From contig JAQGDQ010001075.1 of NCBI GenBank assembly GCA_030141605.1, positions 958 through 64,957 of the forward strand: DNA of 64,000 bases, given 5' to 3'. The DNA comes from Tubiluchus corallicola (taxonomy: Eukaryota > Animalia > Priapulida). This document shows, piece after piece, positions 1-13,000 of the stretch; position 1 is the first letter of the stretch, and each line of letters begins with the position of its first letter. Below the pieces are notes generated by a model that was not told where the DNA came from, searched no databases, and saw only the letters and a program-made list of their open reading frames with translations. Position numbers and translations under genes: made by a program.

Positions 1-1000
1 TTAGTTTCAAGGTCTAGGTCTAATTTCAACACGTTAATTCCCTTTTTCTGTTACACACTTTTCTCAGTCAATAATGTAAATGTAGTGTAATTAATAATGC
101 AATATCGTAAAATATACGACCTAATGATCCTATCAATTAGGCACTCCTATCATGCCTTGGTGTAGTCTTGTAAATACAGTTGACACGAGCATCTGGGAAG
201 TGCATAAAGACTGTTGTGAGATTACTAATATTAGTTACGAAAATCATTATATTTATTATAATTTGAAAAAAATAACTGAGAAAGAGAGAAAAACCGGTCT
301 AAAACATCGCGTTGTTTTGAAATTGCTGAAATGGTGCAGCTGTTTTTACTTCTAATTTGAATCCTGCTTTTGTAAACCTGATTTCGCCAAAAGTGGAATG
401 GACACCATGAGCAAAGTATCGGTGCATTTTTTGTGCAAACTGTCGAAAGTGTTTAAAATTTTGATTTGCCCTAAAACGAGGATAGAATAACTTGAACTGC
501 TCTATTTTCCATTTTAATTCCCCTTTTTGTGCCCTTCTCTTACATCTCCCCGTGATTACTTGGTGAATACACTTTATACGATGCTATAAACTAAATGGAT
601 CTTACTAGCACTTTCAAGTCAGGCCAGGCCCCGGACTTTTACGACATTATCACACGTAATACAACTTTAGAAAGTGTGTGTGCAAAATTGTGACAACACA
701 AGGCTTGGCTAATGTAAAAAATTGAAAAGCCGGCGTGAAACGCATTCCCTTAGGTACTGCAATTTCCACACAGAAAAACTATTTTTTTGTTATGTAACTT
801 GTATTACAGTTCGTATGAACAGTTCGAAAGAAATGTATTCTTTTAACCACAAACTCTCGAATGGGTTCATTTGATACAGCGCATCTTTCTAATCATCAGA
901 ATCGTTCGTGATTTAATGTTTACGTTGAAAGTCGCTCACCCGGTTTTAGAATGCTTTGCAACTAGTGATTTATAATGGACGTATGTCTTGTGGCGTGATT

Positions 1001-1034
1001 AATAAATAAATAAATAAACAAATAAATAAATAAA
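1001..1034. repeat. (AAAT)n microsatellite
   Basis: aataaataaataaataaacaaataaataaataaa read directly. Confidence 0.9.
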
Positions 1035-3756
1035 ATGTGGCGTCAGAGGAATTTAAAAAAGATAGGACGAAAGTATGAAAAACATTTTTGAAGACTCACA
1101 GTCTATTAGTTTGATCATTAAATTTTACATTAAATTTTCGATTGTGCTGATACAGGCGTTGTACATGCTTTGTTGTGGTATCCAGTTTCATGAAAGATGA
1201 AGCCGTACCATATACACCTGCTGGTATACGAATAATACATAAACTCGTTTCGCATAATAAATGCACGGCAATATTGACCACTACTTGATATTAAATTTAG
1301 TTTTTGAATAAGGTTAAAGCTGTATTTGTAAATTGTTAGAAAGAAATAAGCAAATAATTATAACCTTAACTAACTGATACACATGAGCAGCAAACCATGA
1401 TTTCAGATGTTTTAACTATGCGGATACAAAAAGCAAAAAATTGCGATATCTAATGGATCATAATAATTATACTTTGGTCATTCAAAAAATATTTTTGTTG
1501 ACATCTAATGTTTAATTTAAATTCTTAGCAAAAATAAACTGCATCACATCTTTCTAAAAATGCGTTAGCTTGCAGGCCACACTAAAGTGTAGATACCGAA
1601 AGGAGGATAAGGCTATCGGCATACTCGTTAAGCTTTCATTTATCCACCACGAACAGATTCACAGAATTATAATTATAAAGATCTTAGAATAGAAGACGAT
1701 GTAGTGTTACTCAACTTCATGCCGGAATAGAAAGCAACAATCTCTAAACTGCATAATATCGATTTTTCTTATCTTTGATAAGAATTTTCGTAAAAGACAC
1801 AGTGTCTGTCTATTCAAATACCGCAAATTATTCAAGCATCGCAAATGAATATAATTTATTCCAGATCCTCATGGGTATTAAAAATTTGTGTCTTTGTCAC
1901 AAGACATGAGCTAACGTGCAACAAGATATAAAGACACAAACAACAGAACCAAGGCGTTGCATCAATTATTATGAATTATTTATTGAACTGTGATGTCATG
2001 GACCATCCCACTTAAAATTAATGATTTGTTACCATGCCAACTGCGCTAATTATTTTCACTTCCCGATGTATTGTGATTTTTGTTACTTTCGTTTTTGCCG
2101 CAAATGTTCAAAAATTCATTGTTTCACTTTCACGAAGTTTTAGATAACTGCGGCGTACTTATTCTTTTTCCCACGCATAATAAGACGGATTCGAAAGGGA
2201 GAATCGCATATAACAATTAAACCAAAAGCTAGTAATAAACAACAAACACACTCGCATGCTTCACTTCAAACCTATTAAAAATCGAGAAGAATTCACAATT
2301 ATTAATTCGATTTTTAAAGGCAAACAGCAGGAGCAGAGGCAGTGTACGATGTTTCAGCAGTGCTTTTTATACAGAGCAAGCAAACATGAACCAGTTGAAG
2401 CAATGACAGAAGCCAGACACATTTGTTGTGCAGGCTACTGACAACGAAAAACGAAGGGAAAAATAAATAGGAGCTACTAACAATCATTAAACGTGTGGAG
2501 CCTGTGGAAAATAAAGCCGTGTTTAATCTCCTTGCAGCAAAATTTGAAGTGTTAGTGGTTTATTGTAGAACACATAAAACATGCATCTGCGTTTAGCCTG
2601 CTCGCTTTTTGGCGCCCGTAAGAAGCATCAAAAGGCAAAGGTGTACCATCTCGTGATTTTTTACACACTTCGGCATACTACAAGCATTCATTCGACAGCA
2701 AAGTCTACATACCTGGGTGTTTGTGGCTCTCTACTAAGCCACAACCCTATAGGATGAGCCACTGAACCAGTAGCGATGTCTCGTTCGGAAGCAAATATAT
2801 CTTCAACGTTAGTTTTAAAGTTTCGTACAAATTTAAACATGTAGTTTTAAGCTTTTATCACAAGGTGTAGTTATGATGGAAAACAACTTTCTTGCTAACC
2901 GTACGTTATGTACCTCCTTAAAAAGTACATCCAACTGGTAAATAATACGCAGCCTGAGGTTCTTGCAAAACCTACAGTCTCCACAGTACAGATTACCGTA
3001 CTACCCACTATGACAAACTATAATTACGTGTGATTACTTACATTACTGTTACTATAAACACATAGCGGTCAGGAATCTGGGAATCACGGACAATTTTGAG
3101 CCTACGCCAGGTTGTCATAAACTGCAAAAGACTGATTAATATTTTACACTCGCGCCAGTTACTGTTACTGTATAATTGGATTTTGTAGAGTCTTGTGGCG
3201 ATTCCAGCCCGCTGATTTGATAGGCAATCCTTTAGGCTTGTCTTACAAAGCAACCGCGAGCTTCTTTAAAATCTGTTAGAAAAAATGCGATGCTGCCACT
3301 TTAAAGATTTCATGTCTATAGCTGTTTAAATGTATAGCGAAATTAACTATTATTTTGCCTACATAATAGCTTGGGTGACTGCGTCTGCCGTGTCTATTTC
3401 ACCACCTAAGTTAAAGACCATTAAACATTGAAAATGACTGCACTCAGTGCTTTTATTTCACGAAAGCAGTCCGTGAATGGAATAACCGTGAACAATAACG
3501 ACTAAAAATTATGTTTGTCTCTCATTGAAATAAGAGTATTCTGAAGGTTTTAAATAAAAGATAAGGCAGTTACTGAGCACCAAAATACTAGTTGCAGTTA
3601 CTACTTTTTAATACCCATCAAAATTTGAATGACGTTTTAAAAATAATGAATTGTGGTAACAAAGGCAAAGAGAATTACTTGTATATATTTCACTCCTTAT
3701 TGTACTGCATCCAAACTTCTTAAATAAACTATACGTAAATGCTAAATTACACTCAA

Positions 3757-4852
3757 AGGTGAAACGTAACGATTATGTAACTATGTAACATTTTTGCGTC
3801 TAATTATGTAACATTTTTGGGTCATTGTGTAACAATCATTATGTAACAGAAATGATGAACTATGTTACAAATTAACGTAGACTTGGTAGTGGTCTGTGGT
3901 TGCGTTTTGTCAAAATTTGGATTTCTTCTAATTATGGGTCCGTTTCTTCCCATCCTTGAAGTGGAAATGGCGCCAACTCGATCTGCTCTGATCTGTCCTG
4001 CCTTTTGGGCGTAGGTTTTAAACTACCTGAGGTCAAATCTGTCAGAGGTCTGGTGGCTGAATGTCTGACATACTCCTCTTCCTCCTCCTCTGAAATATAT
4101 ACTCCTCTATCTGTGAAAGCCTTTTCTTTTTTTTCATTATAATAGTATTTTTTGTTTTTAGTAATTAATAGTACGTAAACATTAACGGAAATAACATTAC
4201 GTTTTTACATATTCAAGTCTTAAACCAAACTCAGGCCCTGGTCTGCGTCTAGCCAGATGCGTTTTTGTATTGGTTGGGTCCCAACTGAGTATAAACCCGC
4301 CTGAAATTAGGTTTCTTACACGTTCTCTATTCTCTACAGAAAGGAATACTACATCTGAACGCTGGGGCACTTCCATAGAGGATACCTGGGACGTCACCAC
4401 GCGTTCGTTGTCATGTGATAATGTCCTAGAGGCGTCTATGTTGGGTAACTGAAAAATCGGGTTCCTTTACGATCATTAGTTCGTAGTGTGTTGTATGCCT
4501 GTACGAAATTTCAACTGTGTACAATGAATGCTGAAGCTTATACTAGCCAGACTAGAAAATAGCCAAACCAGGCACAAGCAAGGCGTGTCTTAGGTAAGCC
4601 ATGGCTGGAGCCAGATTCACACCTAAAACAGAAAGAAACTGGTCCAGTCCAATAATTAGAGCAAAACCCGAATGTGACAAAACCCAAACACAAGCCCTAT
4701 GCCTTAGTTTGTTACATAATGCATCAGTTTTGTTACACAGTAACTGTTACATAATAACGTAAAATTTGTTACATACTGACGAAATTTGCGAGTTGTTACA
4801 TAATGCTGCATTGCTACTTAATGACCATTTTGCTGCATAATGAACCTCACTT
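3757..4852. mobile_element. Non-autonomous DNA transposon (foldback/MITE-like) with long imperfect TIRs and subterminal TTATGTAAC repeats
   Basis: The left end has repeated (T)TATGTAAC (3772-3847) and the right end has repeated GTTACATAA (4711-4804). Further in, 3891-3950 (ggtctgtggttgcgttttgtcaaaatttggatttcttctaattatgggtccgtttc) resembles the reverse complement of ~4630-4697. No ORF is present; ends are approximate. Confidence 0.7.
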
Positions 4853-6302
4853 AATAACAGTAAATTTGAAAGATTATATAGATTATCGAAATGAACAAAA
4901 TTCAAACTTTTTCTCTGAACTAGAAATTCTGATTACCATTGCTAACGAGCAGAGACTCTCAGAATCTTAAATTTAGCGAGATCTGTTTCGTCAAAATCCA
5001 TTTCATCAGGCCTTTTTGCTTGCGTAGTCTTTCTGTGAGTGAAACGTAAACTGTAGCGATATGATAAATAACTAGCAAGCCGCCTCTCACTGATTGAAGT
5101 CGTAATGGATGAACGGTGCCCGAGCTTTTAACTCACTGAAACCATTCGGTTAATTTTCAACAAGTAAAGATATTTTGTAAAATCAGAAACATTCTCCAAG
5201 TTAATATAGAGAACAGTAAAAGGCTTAAACGTCGCGATGATAAACTGTCGTTTTGGTTGTGTCACGTAGAGGACTCAAACGAACAGAAACCGATCTGTCT
5301 TAGACGGAAATTATAAGCGAATAGCAATGCGTTAAGCGAAATTGGTTTCATCGATTTGAAATTCACTATAGCCGCCTGTGCAATACTGATGCATTATTAC
5401 ACCAATGGTAATTACTTCTTAACCCCAGTACTATAAGTGAAATGAAACGGGAGGCGAGCTTCCCATGATGCTAGTGAGACACTCCGGGAGAGTAAATAAC
5501 TGGTCCAGGAACTTCTGAATCATCAGTACTAAAAACGATTAGCATCTTCATATTCTGCTAGCGAGAGTCATTTTTTTAATTTGAAAGCTCTGGTAGCAAT
5601 AAGAAATAACAACATTGTGGTTCACTAATGGGTCATATAAAATCCATGTTGCCTCCAAAGGGTTTTCATCGATTTTATCCAAGTTTCATGAATTTTAAAC
5701 GATCAGCATTTTACGTAATGATCCAGATTGTGATCTCGCTCTGCTAACTTCTGCAGATGTCATAATTATTAAGGTTTTCCCTGCGCCAGTGAAAGGCTTA
5801 TAAAGGGATTATGATTATGTAAAAGTCATTATCATAATGTGTTAGTGGCGGAGTCACATTTGTGGAGCTGTAATAAAAAATGCCAGGAATATCAGTTCCT
5901 GAAAGAACACAGCACTGTGTCTAATTAAAGTATCAGTGTGCAATTGGATATTACTGTGGCGGTTACCTTTTTTTAAGAAACAGCATTTCAAAACCAGTAT
6001 TGACAAAAACAACCAGAAAAAAACTAGAAACTATTCAACGTGAGACTTTTTCTTCTTTTTTTTCATTTTCAGATTAATCGTTTCCACAGGCAACCGTATC
6101 AAAATTTTAATATGTCTGTATAGTACTTGTTGATTAGGAAAAATATAAAAAATTGCTCCAGTTAGTCATTTTACTGAAATAATTTTTTTTTCTAAAAGTA
6201 TAAATTCAATTCCTAACGATAGCTGTAACTAATTATATTAATATCACAGCTAAATAAAAATATCAAATTTATACATTTATTCTGTGATTCTTCCTCGATC
6301 TT

Positions 6303-6306
6303 CTCC

Positions 6307-6357
<51 letters not shown>
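6303..6357. repeat. (CT)n microsatellite
   Basis: Direct read; it explains the ERER ORF. Confidence 0.95.
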
Positions 6358-6358
<1 letters not shown>

Positions 6359-8718
6359 TCTCTTTCGTTTTGTAGGACTCTTTTTGAAAAATAAACCTGT
6401 AGAGAACAGGTAAAATAGTAAGGGTAAAAGGGCAAAAGGTAAAACATTCTTCCATCAGCTGGACTAAGATAATCGTAATTTATCTTTCTGCATTTAGCAA
6501 ACTATGAATAAAACTTCACATTTTAAGTAAAGATAATTTCTTTTGGGAAATTACGAAATCCCTTACGCCAAGCGAGGTCATGCGGTTAATTTCAGTTCCG
6601 TGAGTTTATTTTGCCCATCGTCAAAAATCTCGATCTTGTAATGTACTGTAATGTTTATTCTTTCAAACATAGTTTATGCGATACAAGAGCAAATGGAGAA
6701 ACCATCAAGGCTAAGCACTTATAGATGGGCCTCTCTTAAAAGTTACGATCAAATTTACGATATTATAAGAACGACTGCGAGGCAGCGGATAAAATTCCAG
6801 GATATGTTTTAGGACCATTTCATTTTAAGCAATATTACGCAATCAATACGGCTTACTGAATCTTTAACAACCAGAATTGCATCTTTATCAGCATATAGAT
6901 CAGCGACTGCATGGCACAGCAGTTCAAACAGCCTGGAGCACGATGGCATGCGATAAGTAACATTGACAAAACTACGTGTCCTAAGTAGAAACAGTAAGCG
7001 GTCTGAGATAAACTGTTTGGCTTCCCAATTCGTTTACTCAGCAAACGTTGTTTGGAATAACGTGTTCATTCATAATTTTTCGAAGGAGAAAGGATTGGTG
7101 AAAAACTATCGCAGGAGTTTAGTTCGAACAAGAAACAGCTTTCGGATTATTTCGTCTTTATATGTATTTTTGTGCAGAACGTACTGCATTTTTCGCTCAC
7201 CATCTGTACGGTCTTTCATTGTACTCGGGGCTTGTTGTATTGTGTTTGTTGGCTTTCTTGTTTAGAAAAATGTAATGGAAAGTTCAAATAAATCAGTAGT
7301 TTTTATATCCACATAAATACGGGAGTTCATCAACTGACTGCTGTATCTGCACAAATGCTTTTTAGGTTTGCATCAACAATCTTGTGAAGATCTGTTTGAA
7401 ATTATATACTACTGATTACTCTTCCGCTTACTGAAGAGGAAACATTGATCTGCGTAGTTTATTACTATTCTTATGTTCTCTTGTGTCACACCTGAATACA
7501 AATTGTCTCCAACTAAAACGTCTAAACATCAAACGCCCATTCAACCTCGTTATAGTCGTCAAAGAGATGCGTAATTGCAGGCCTTAACAACCGACAAGTT
7601 AAAGCAAAGCACATGCTTCGTGTCTATTACTAGCTAAAATGAGTGTATTTGGCTGTCGTATAGATTGTTACCTGTCTGTGTGCGAATTCACTTTGTAACT
7701 TTGCAGCGAACTAGGTTTCCCAGTGGGCAGATAACTAGATGCGATATAGCATTTAATGAGACACATGAGAATAAATGACGTAAACATTGCACGTAATAAA
7801 GTAGCTTACGAGCGTTAACTTATTACGCGTTTACACCCTACACGACACAGCTTGACGTCCATTTATTATATGTAACTAATAAACTGTATGCTTGAGCGGG
7901 GAAGTTATATCGTTGAAATCGACTAGCAATATTGTCAGATGAATTTGAAAATCCTTATCTGTTTATCATTTCTAAGCTTTGTTTAGTCATTGCAGTTTTT
8001 AAAAGTAGCTTTAGAAGAATGGTAAACAGCCAAGGTCTTAAAATGACTGAGCAAGTATCGAAGTAACGTCATCCACGCGAAGCACGGAAGCCGGGCGCCT
8101 TATCCAAAAAATATTTCTTGATGCTTTTGCTTTCGCTCATTTTCCCTGGTTTTACCCAGGTCTCCCTTTCGTAGGTAATACACTCACCTTCTAACTTACG
8201 CGTGGCTGAAGGCAATAAAGGGTTCCGTTGGCTGAAAGTTATTAAATAATAGAACACTAAGCCCATTTAGCTTATTACTGCTATCAGTGGGGAATGCCAG
8301 TATTTGATCGAACGCCGAAGATACGCTGTATCACGGACAGAAGAAGTTGATCGTCAGATTAGTAGTCAACCCGTCCCAAATTATGACATGAAATTGACAA
8401 CTGAAATTGGCTCAACAAAAGAAATTTAACGTACATTACAGATTTTCTGCTCATGAATGGTCATCTAGAGATGCACCGATGTCCGTATGTTTATGATTTT
8501 AGACTTCTATCAGCCCCAACTAGGGTTTTTGTCAACAAATCCAATTATGTTTTTCTACCAGAGTTCTACAATTTCTGGTCAAAAATTTATTTATTTAGGA
8601 AGCCCGTGGAAATTAACTCATAAAATTAGCTAACACAGCTTTTGGCAAATTACAAGAACGCCACTGATTGCAAAAATATCTTACTATGACTCTTAAAACT
8701 AAAAATCTTACTTTTTTC

Positions 8719-8985
8719 AGCCGAAACCTACACGCTTTATGCCAGACACGTAAAGAAAATAGAAACTGTCTAAAGTCGTACTGAGTTGTTAAGCATTTTT
8801 TGGTGTTTCATGACAACATCGCTTGAGAAAGCTGAGATGTTGATTACACAAGTTTTGCTGGAAAAGATGGGTTGGTCATGTTGTATAAACGGGCGATAAA
8901 AAATTTCCAGAATCAGTACTTCATGATCAATTGTCAATCTCCAAAAGCCTCATGAAGATCATAAAATTCAATGTAGAATACAACT
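8719..8985 (+). mobile_element. Decayed RTE-clade LINE fragment (C-terminal ORF region)
   Basis: Manual translation gives AETYTLYARHVKKIETV* and RWVGHVV*TGDKKFPESVLHDQL. These match the RTE/BovB-type motifs ETWTLYRRH and LRWAGHVVRM..R.PK..L..EL, with stops and frameshifts. Confidence 0.7.
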
Positions 8986-10873
8986 CACTCAACCTTTGGC
9001 ACCATTAGGTTCATGTCATTTATTGTTTCCAGAAATTGTACTCGCAGTGGAAGCAGAGATATTAGACTTGTAAACATATGTAATACTTCTAATACGGTTG
9101 CTATCTCTACCACCACCACCGCTACATTCAAATCAATTTTGTTTTAACAAAATTTCCTTGTCAGTAAATCATAATTATTGTCACTGCGCACCGCATTTGT
9201 CGCTTTAGAACCCTAACATGAGCATAAACGAAACTTTGACGCATTTTATTCTGATTGGTTGAGAAACCAGCTGCGTCACTGATCTAACAGTAACCTATTT
9301 ATTTCATAAACCTTCATTGACTTCCCAACTTAAGCCATGTGACATTATAATACACTGGCGCTGTAGAGAACTAATCGTTTCTGATTGTGCACAATTCGCA
9401 TTCATGGTTGCGCATTCGCTTTAAATAATTCATTAATAAGCGTCATTCACGTTCAGGCTGCAATTGCTTTGTAACTAATAAAACGTTTTTGGCATAAATC
9501 ACTAATTTCGTTCTGCTGATCAACAGTGCTTAAACCCAAGACACTTTGTTCAGATTAAAAATGCAGCTCCAATACTTAGAGATTTCATTATTTCTAGTCA
9601 AACAATTAATGCGTTTACATTTAAAGTCTTTTTTTATTTACTTATTTATTTCTCCTTTATTTATTTGCAGTGGCAGTGGTAGTGGCTGTAGAACTGGCAG
9701 TGGAACTGATGGTGGGGCTGGTATTTGTTTTACCAATTTTGGTTCAAATCCAGGATGTGTTCCAACTTTTTCACATTTTCTGTTTTTTAATTTGGTTTCG
9801 ATGTTCAATTATTTGTGGGTTTACACCCACACTGCATGCCATCTAGTCACATTCACCACCACAGCTTAACCCAGTTCACTACAAAGAAACACCGTGAAGA
9901 ATTCTGAATGAGCTACCGTTCGTTCGTTACTACTATCGTGACACTATCGTTCGTTTTTAAATTATTACTAAGTTTGTGATATGTTCTCGCACTTTATCTG
10001 CCCTTATTTGGGATTTTTTATCAGCGAAGATGAATAATAAATTAATCTAATCTGATCTAACTAAAATTTGGCTAGCGGACTTATCTTAGTCCTGTCAGAG
10101 TAAGATGAATCAAGGTGAGATTAGTAAGAAGAGAGTAACAATAAATAAAGAATAACGTTGGCATAATTTAAGCTAGCATAATCACGTTTATCCTATTATA
10201 TCACAGATCTAAAACACACATTTCAGACATTTTCCATCAATAGCCAAGAATTAACATTCTGCAAATAAAAACCATTGTCTTTGCTTCAAAGGAAAATATA
10301 TCATTGGTTCTAAATAAGTTCATACAACATTCAATAAAGACTAACGTAGATACGTCTCTACAGACTGTCAATGAGAAACAGGCCTTTATACGAGAATACT
10401 GTAGAAAACGAATCAGTTAAAGTAATTTAAGTAGAATAAGTAAGCCTAAATGATTCTACGGGGGTTTTCCAACTACAGTGTGAGGCGAACGACGTGATAT
10501 GAAATAAAAGCAAAATATATGGAACGTTAACTATGACAGTAACCGAAGGGGAGTGGCAGCTGATTCTTAGCACACCACAAGACTAAGTGGGAAAAGTGAA
10601 TTATTAACTTAAACTTGGGAACAATGGCAAACCATTCAAAAAGATTTTTCTCCAAATGTTTTTTGGTATCCAGTTTTTTTAAGTTTGACTAATAATGCAG
10701 TGAAAGTTTAGCGCAGTTTTAGATGCTGTTCTTTTCTGCGGCTCAATGTAATCTTCAAGTTCTCAAATGTCTCTGAAAATTTGTTCGTTCGCATCATAGA
10801 TTCTTTTTTTTTTGACTACCTAGCAAGAGTTGAAAGCAGGGAGTCAATTTCCGGTATTGCAACTCCTTTTTAC

Positions 10874-11008
10874 GCCACGTTCAGACTAACGCGTTTTTCT
10901 CTGACAGCAAACTCGCAAGTGCTAACTGCCTTGCGAGTAACTGTCGGTAAGAAATTACAAACTCTCTGACAGTTGTTGGGAGTTGATTTATTGTCTAGTG
11001 TGAACACT
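10874..11008. mobile_element. Degenerate PIF/Harbinger-like MITE
   Basis: Imperfect inverted ends gccacgttcagacta ... tagtgtgaacact. The same GTTCAGAC/GTCTGAAC motif occurs at ~12850-13000, 25644 and 41805-42008. Confidence 0.45.
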
Positions 11009-11346
11009 TTATTCATTGCGAGAAGTCGCGATAGTCCCACCTGCAGTATCCCGTTGAGATATTGTAATTACAACATTAAGATCTGAAACAGGTATTCAAT
11101 TAACACAAAAATTTTTATATGCTTAATTTAGATAATAGAAATTATGTTTTTTATATATTTGTTTATTTGCACTGTCTTCCACGTAAAATGGAAGATAAAA
11201 TGTGTAAAATGTATAATTATTAAATGAATACAACTCAGCTGGAAGACGGAAATACAACCAAACAGGCCATGGCACTGACACTAGTTAAACCTTATTAAAA
11301 TCTTATTACGCATCTTATTAAAAGCAAAGATTAAGAATAATTATCC

Positions 11347-11491
<145 letters not shown>

Positions 11492-11789
11492 GAATAATCA
11501 AATATGACTTTAAAATAACACATATCAGAAAAAAACAAAAAAAAGAAACTACACAATACGATGAAAAATAAGGTAGAAAATTTACAATTCTTAATTAAAC
11601 CAAACAGCTATATTAAGGAAACGAAATTCAGCTGAAAAATGAGAGTGTAAACGTGAACAAAACAAATTACCAAAGCAATTAAGGTACATATTATATAGCA
11701 AACAAAAAAACAACAGCAATAACAATTATTGCAATAACAGCAGCAGCAACAACAACAACAACAGCAATGACATGTTATAAAATCATTCA

Positions 11790-12215
11790 TAAAGAAGTAG
11801 ATTCGAATGCTGAAAAGTTTTTTAATAGGGTTTCATCTGATCGCACGTGGAGTAACCATTCCGTTAAAACTATTTGTACAAAGAACAAATAAAAAGCAGT
11901 TTGGACAAGATTTCAAGACGAATTGTTCACATATACTATGGAATTCACTATCAAATTCTGTGAATGGTTCTCCGCTTGTGCCAACAGCAAATTTTAAATT
12001 ATTCCGCAAAAGATTGCCTTTAGTAGATATTGAAAATTTTCTCAAATTTAAAAGGTACATGTAAACAGTTTTTCTCTTTGTGTCTCACCAACACTCAGAA
12101 ATATTATTTATTCTTAATGTAATATTTTATTGTGTTGTAATGTATAGTATTGTATTGTTATACGTTTGTACACTACCTGTAAAATTTATATATCAATATA
12201 TAAAATTAAATTAAG
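11790..12215 (+). mobile_element. 3' end fragment of a CR1/L2-group LINE
   Basis: ORF 11807-12064 contains RTNKKQFGQDFKTNCSHILWNSLSNSVNGSPL...NFK, the R..F......WNSL..V..S...FK C-terminal motif of CR1/L2 ORF2. An AT-rich UTR/tail follows. Confidence 0.55.
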
Positions 12216-12814
12216 TTAATTTAATGACAATGGCGACGACGATTATTATTATAAGGTAAACGCAATCGCAATATAAATAAAACTACAGGAGTTTTATGTA
12301 AGTGTCTTCACGAAAACTTTATTTAACATTGCTTGGTAGTAGATGGTAAAAATTGACACAGATCGACCTAGGCCTGGGCCGTTTCCTCCCAAATTATCTA
12401 GAAAGTCACACCGAACAAACGAAGTGATACGGTAAAAGGATCACTGATTGCACCAGTACTGTGACCGCTCTACAAACTGATATTTTTTTCAGAAGTTTAT
12501 TTTCTCTATTTTATTTGCTATTTAATATTTAATGGGATCCGCTACGATTATTGAATAACCATTATTCCAATTTTTGCGTCAAAGATGATCCCCTAAGATT
12601 GTGCAGTCCCATTTGAGACCAGTTTTTCAGTTAGAAGTAGCAACAATTGCTTAGTTTTTAATAGTTGAATACAAATTTATCGCATATTTCAGGAAGAAAA
12701 TTGGCCATACAAGTATGGTGAATGGACGTTAATGTAAAATGCGTTATTACTTAGAAATTTAAAAACAACAGCAGCAGCTTTAGCAATAAAATTATGCTTT
12801 CCAGAGCAATATCA

Positions 12815-13000
12815 TAAAATCTCGCCAACTTGCTGAGAGTGATTTTTCTCTAGTCTGAACGCTCTTGCAAGATCTATTGCGATTTTTGCTGAGAGTGAAC
12901 TCGTAGTTATTGTCGGAGAACAACTCGCAGAAAATTTTACTCTCTAGTCTGAACATTGTTGCGAGTTACTTGGCGAAAAAAACTCACTAGTCTGAAGACA
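12815..13000. mobile_element. Harbinger-like MITE remnant with internal TAGTCTGAAC repeats
   Basis: ctagtctgaa occurs three times (~12850, ~12945, ~12987), with ttgctgagagtga repeats. Confidence 0.4.

Noticed and set aside
4980-5015. Hammerhead-like CTGATGA...GAAAC on the minus strand (also ctgaaga at ~37304)
   Set aside because: Stem II cannot form properly or the GAAA core is broken; no convincing stems I and III.
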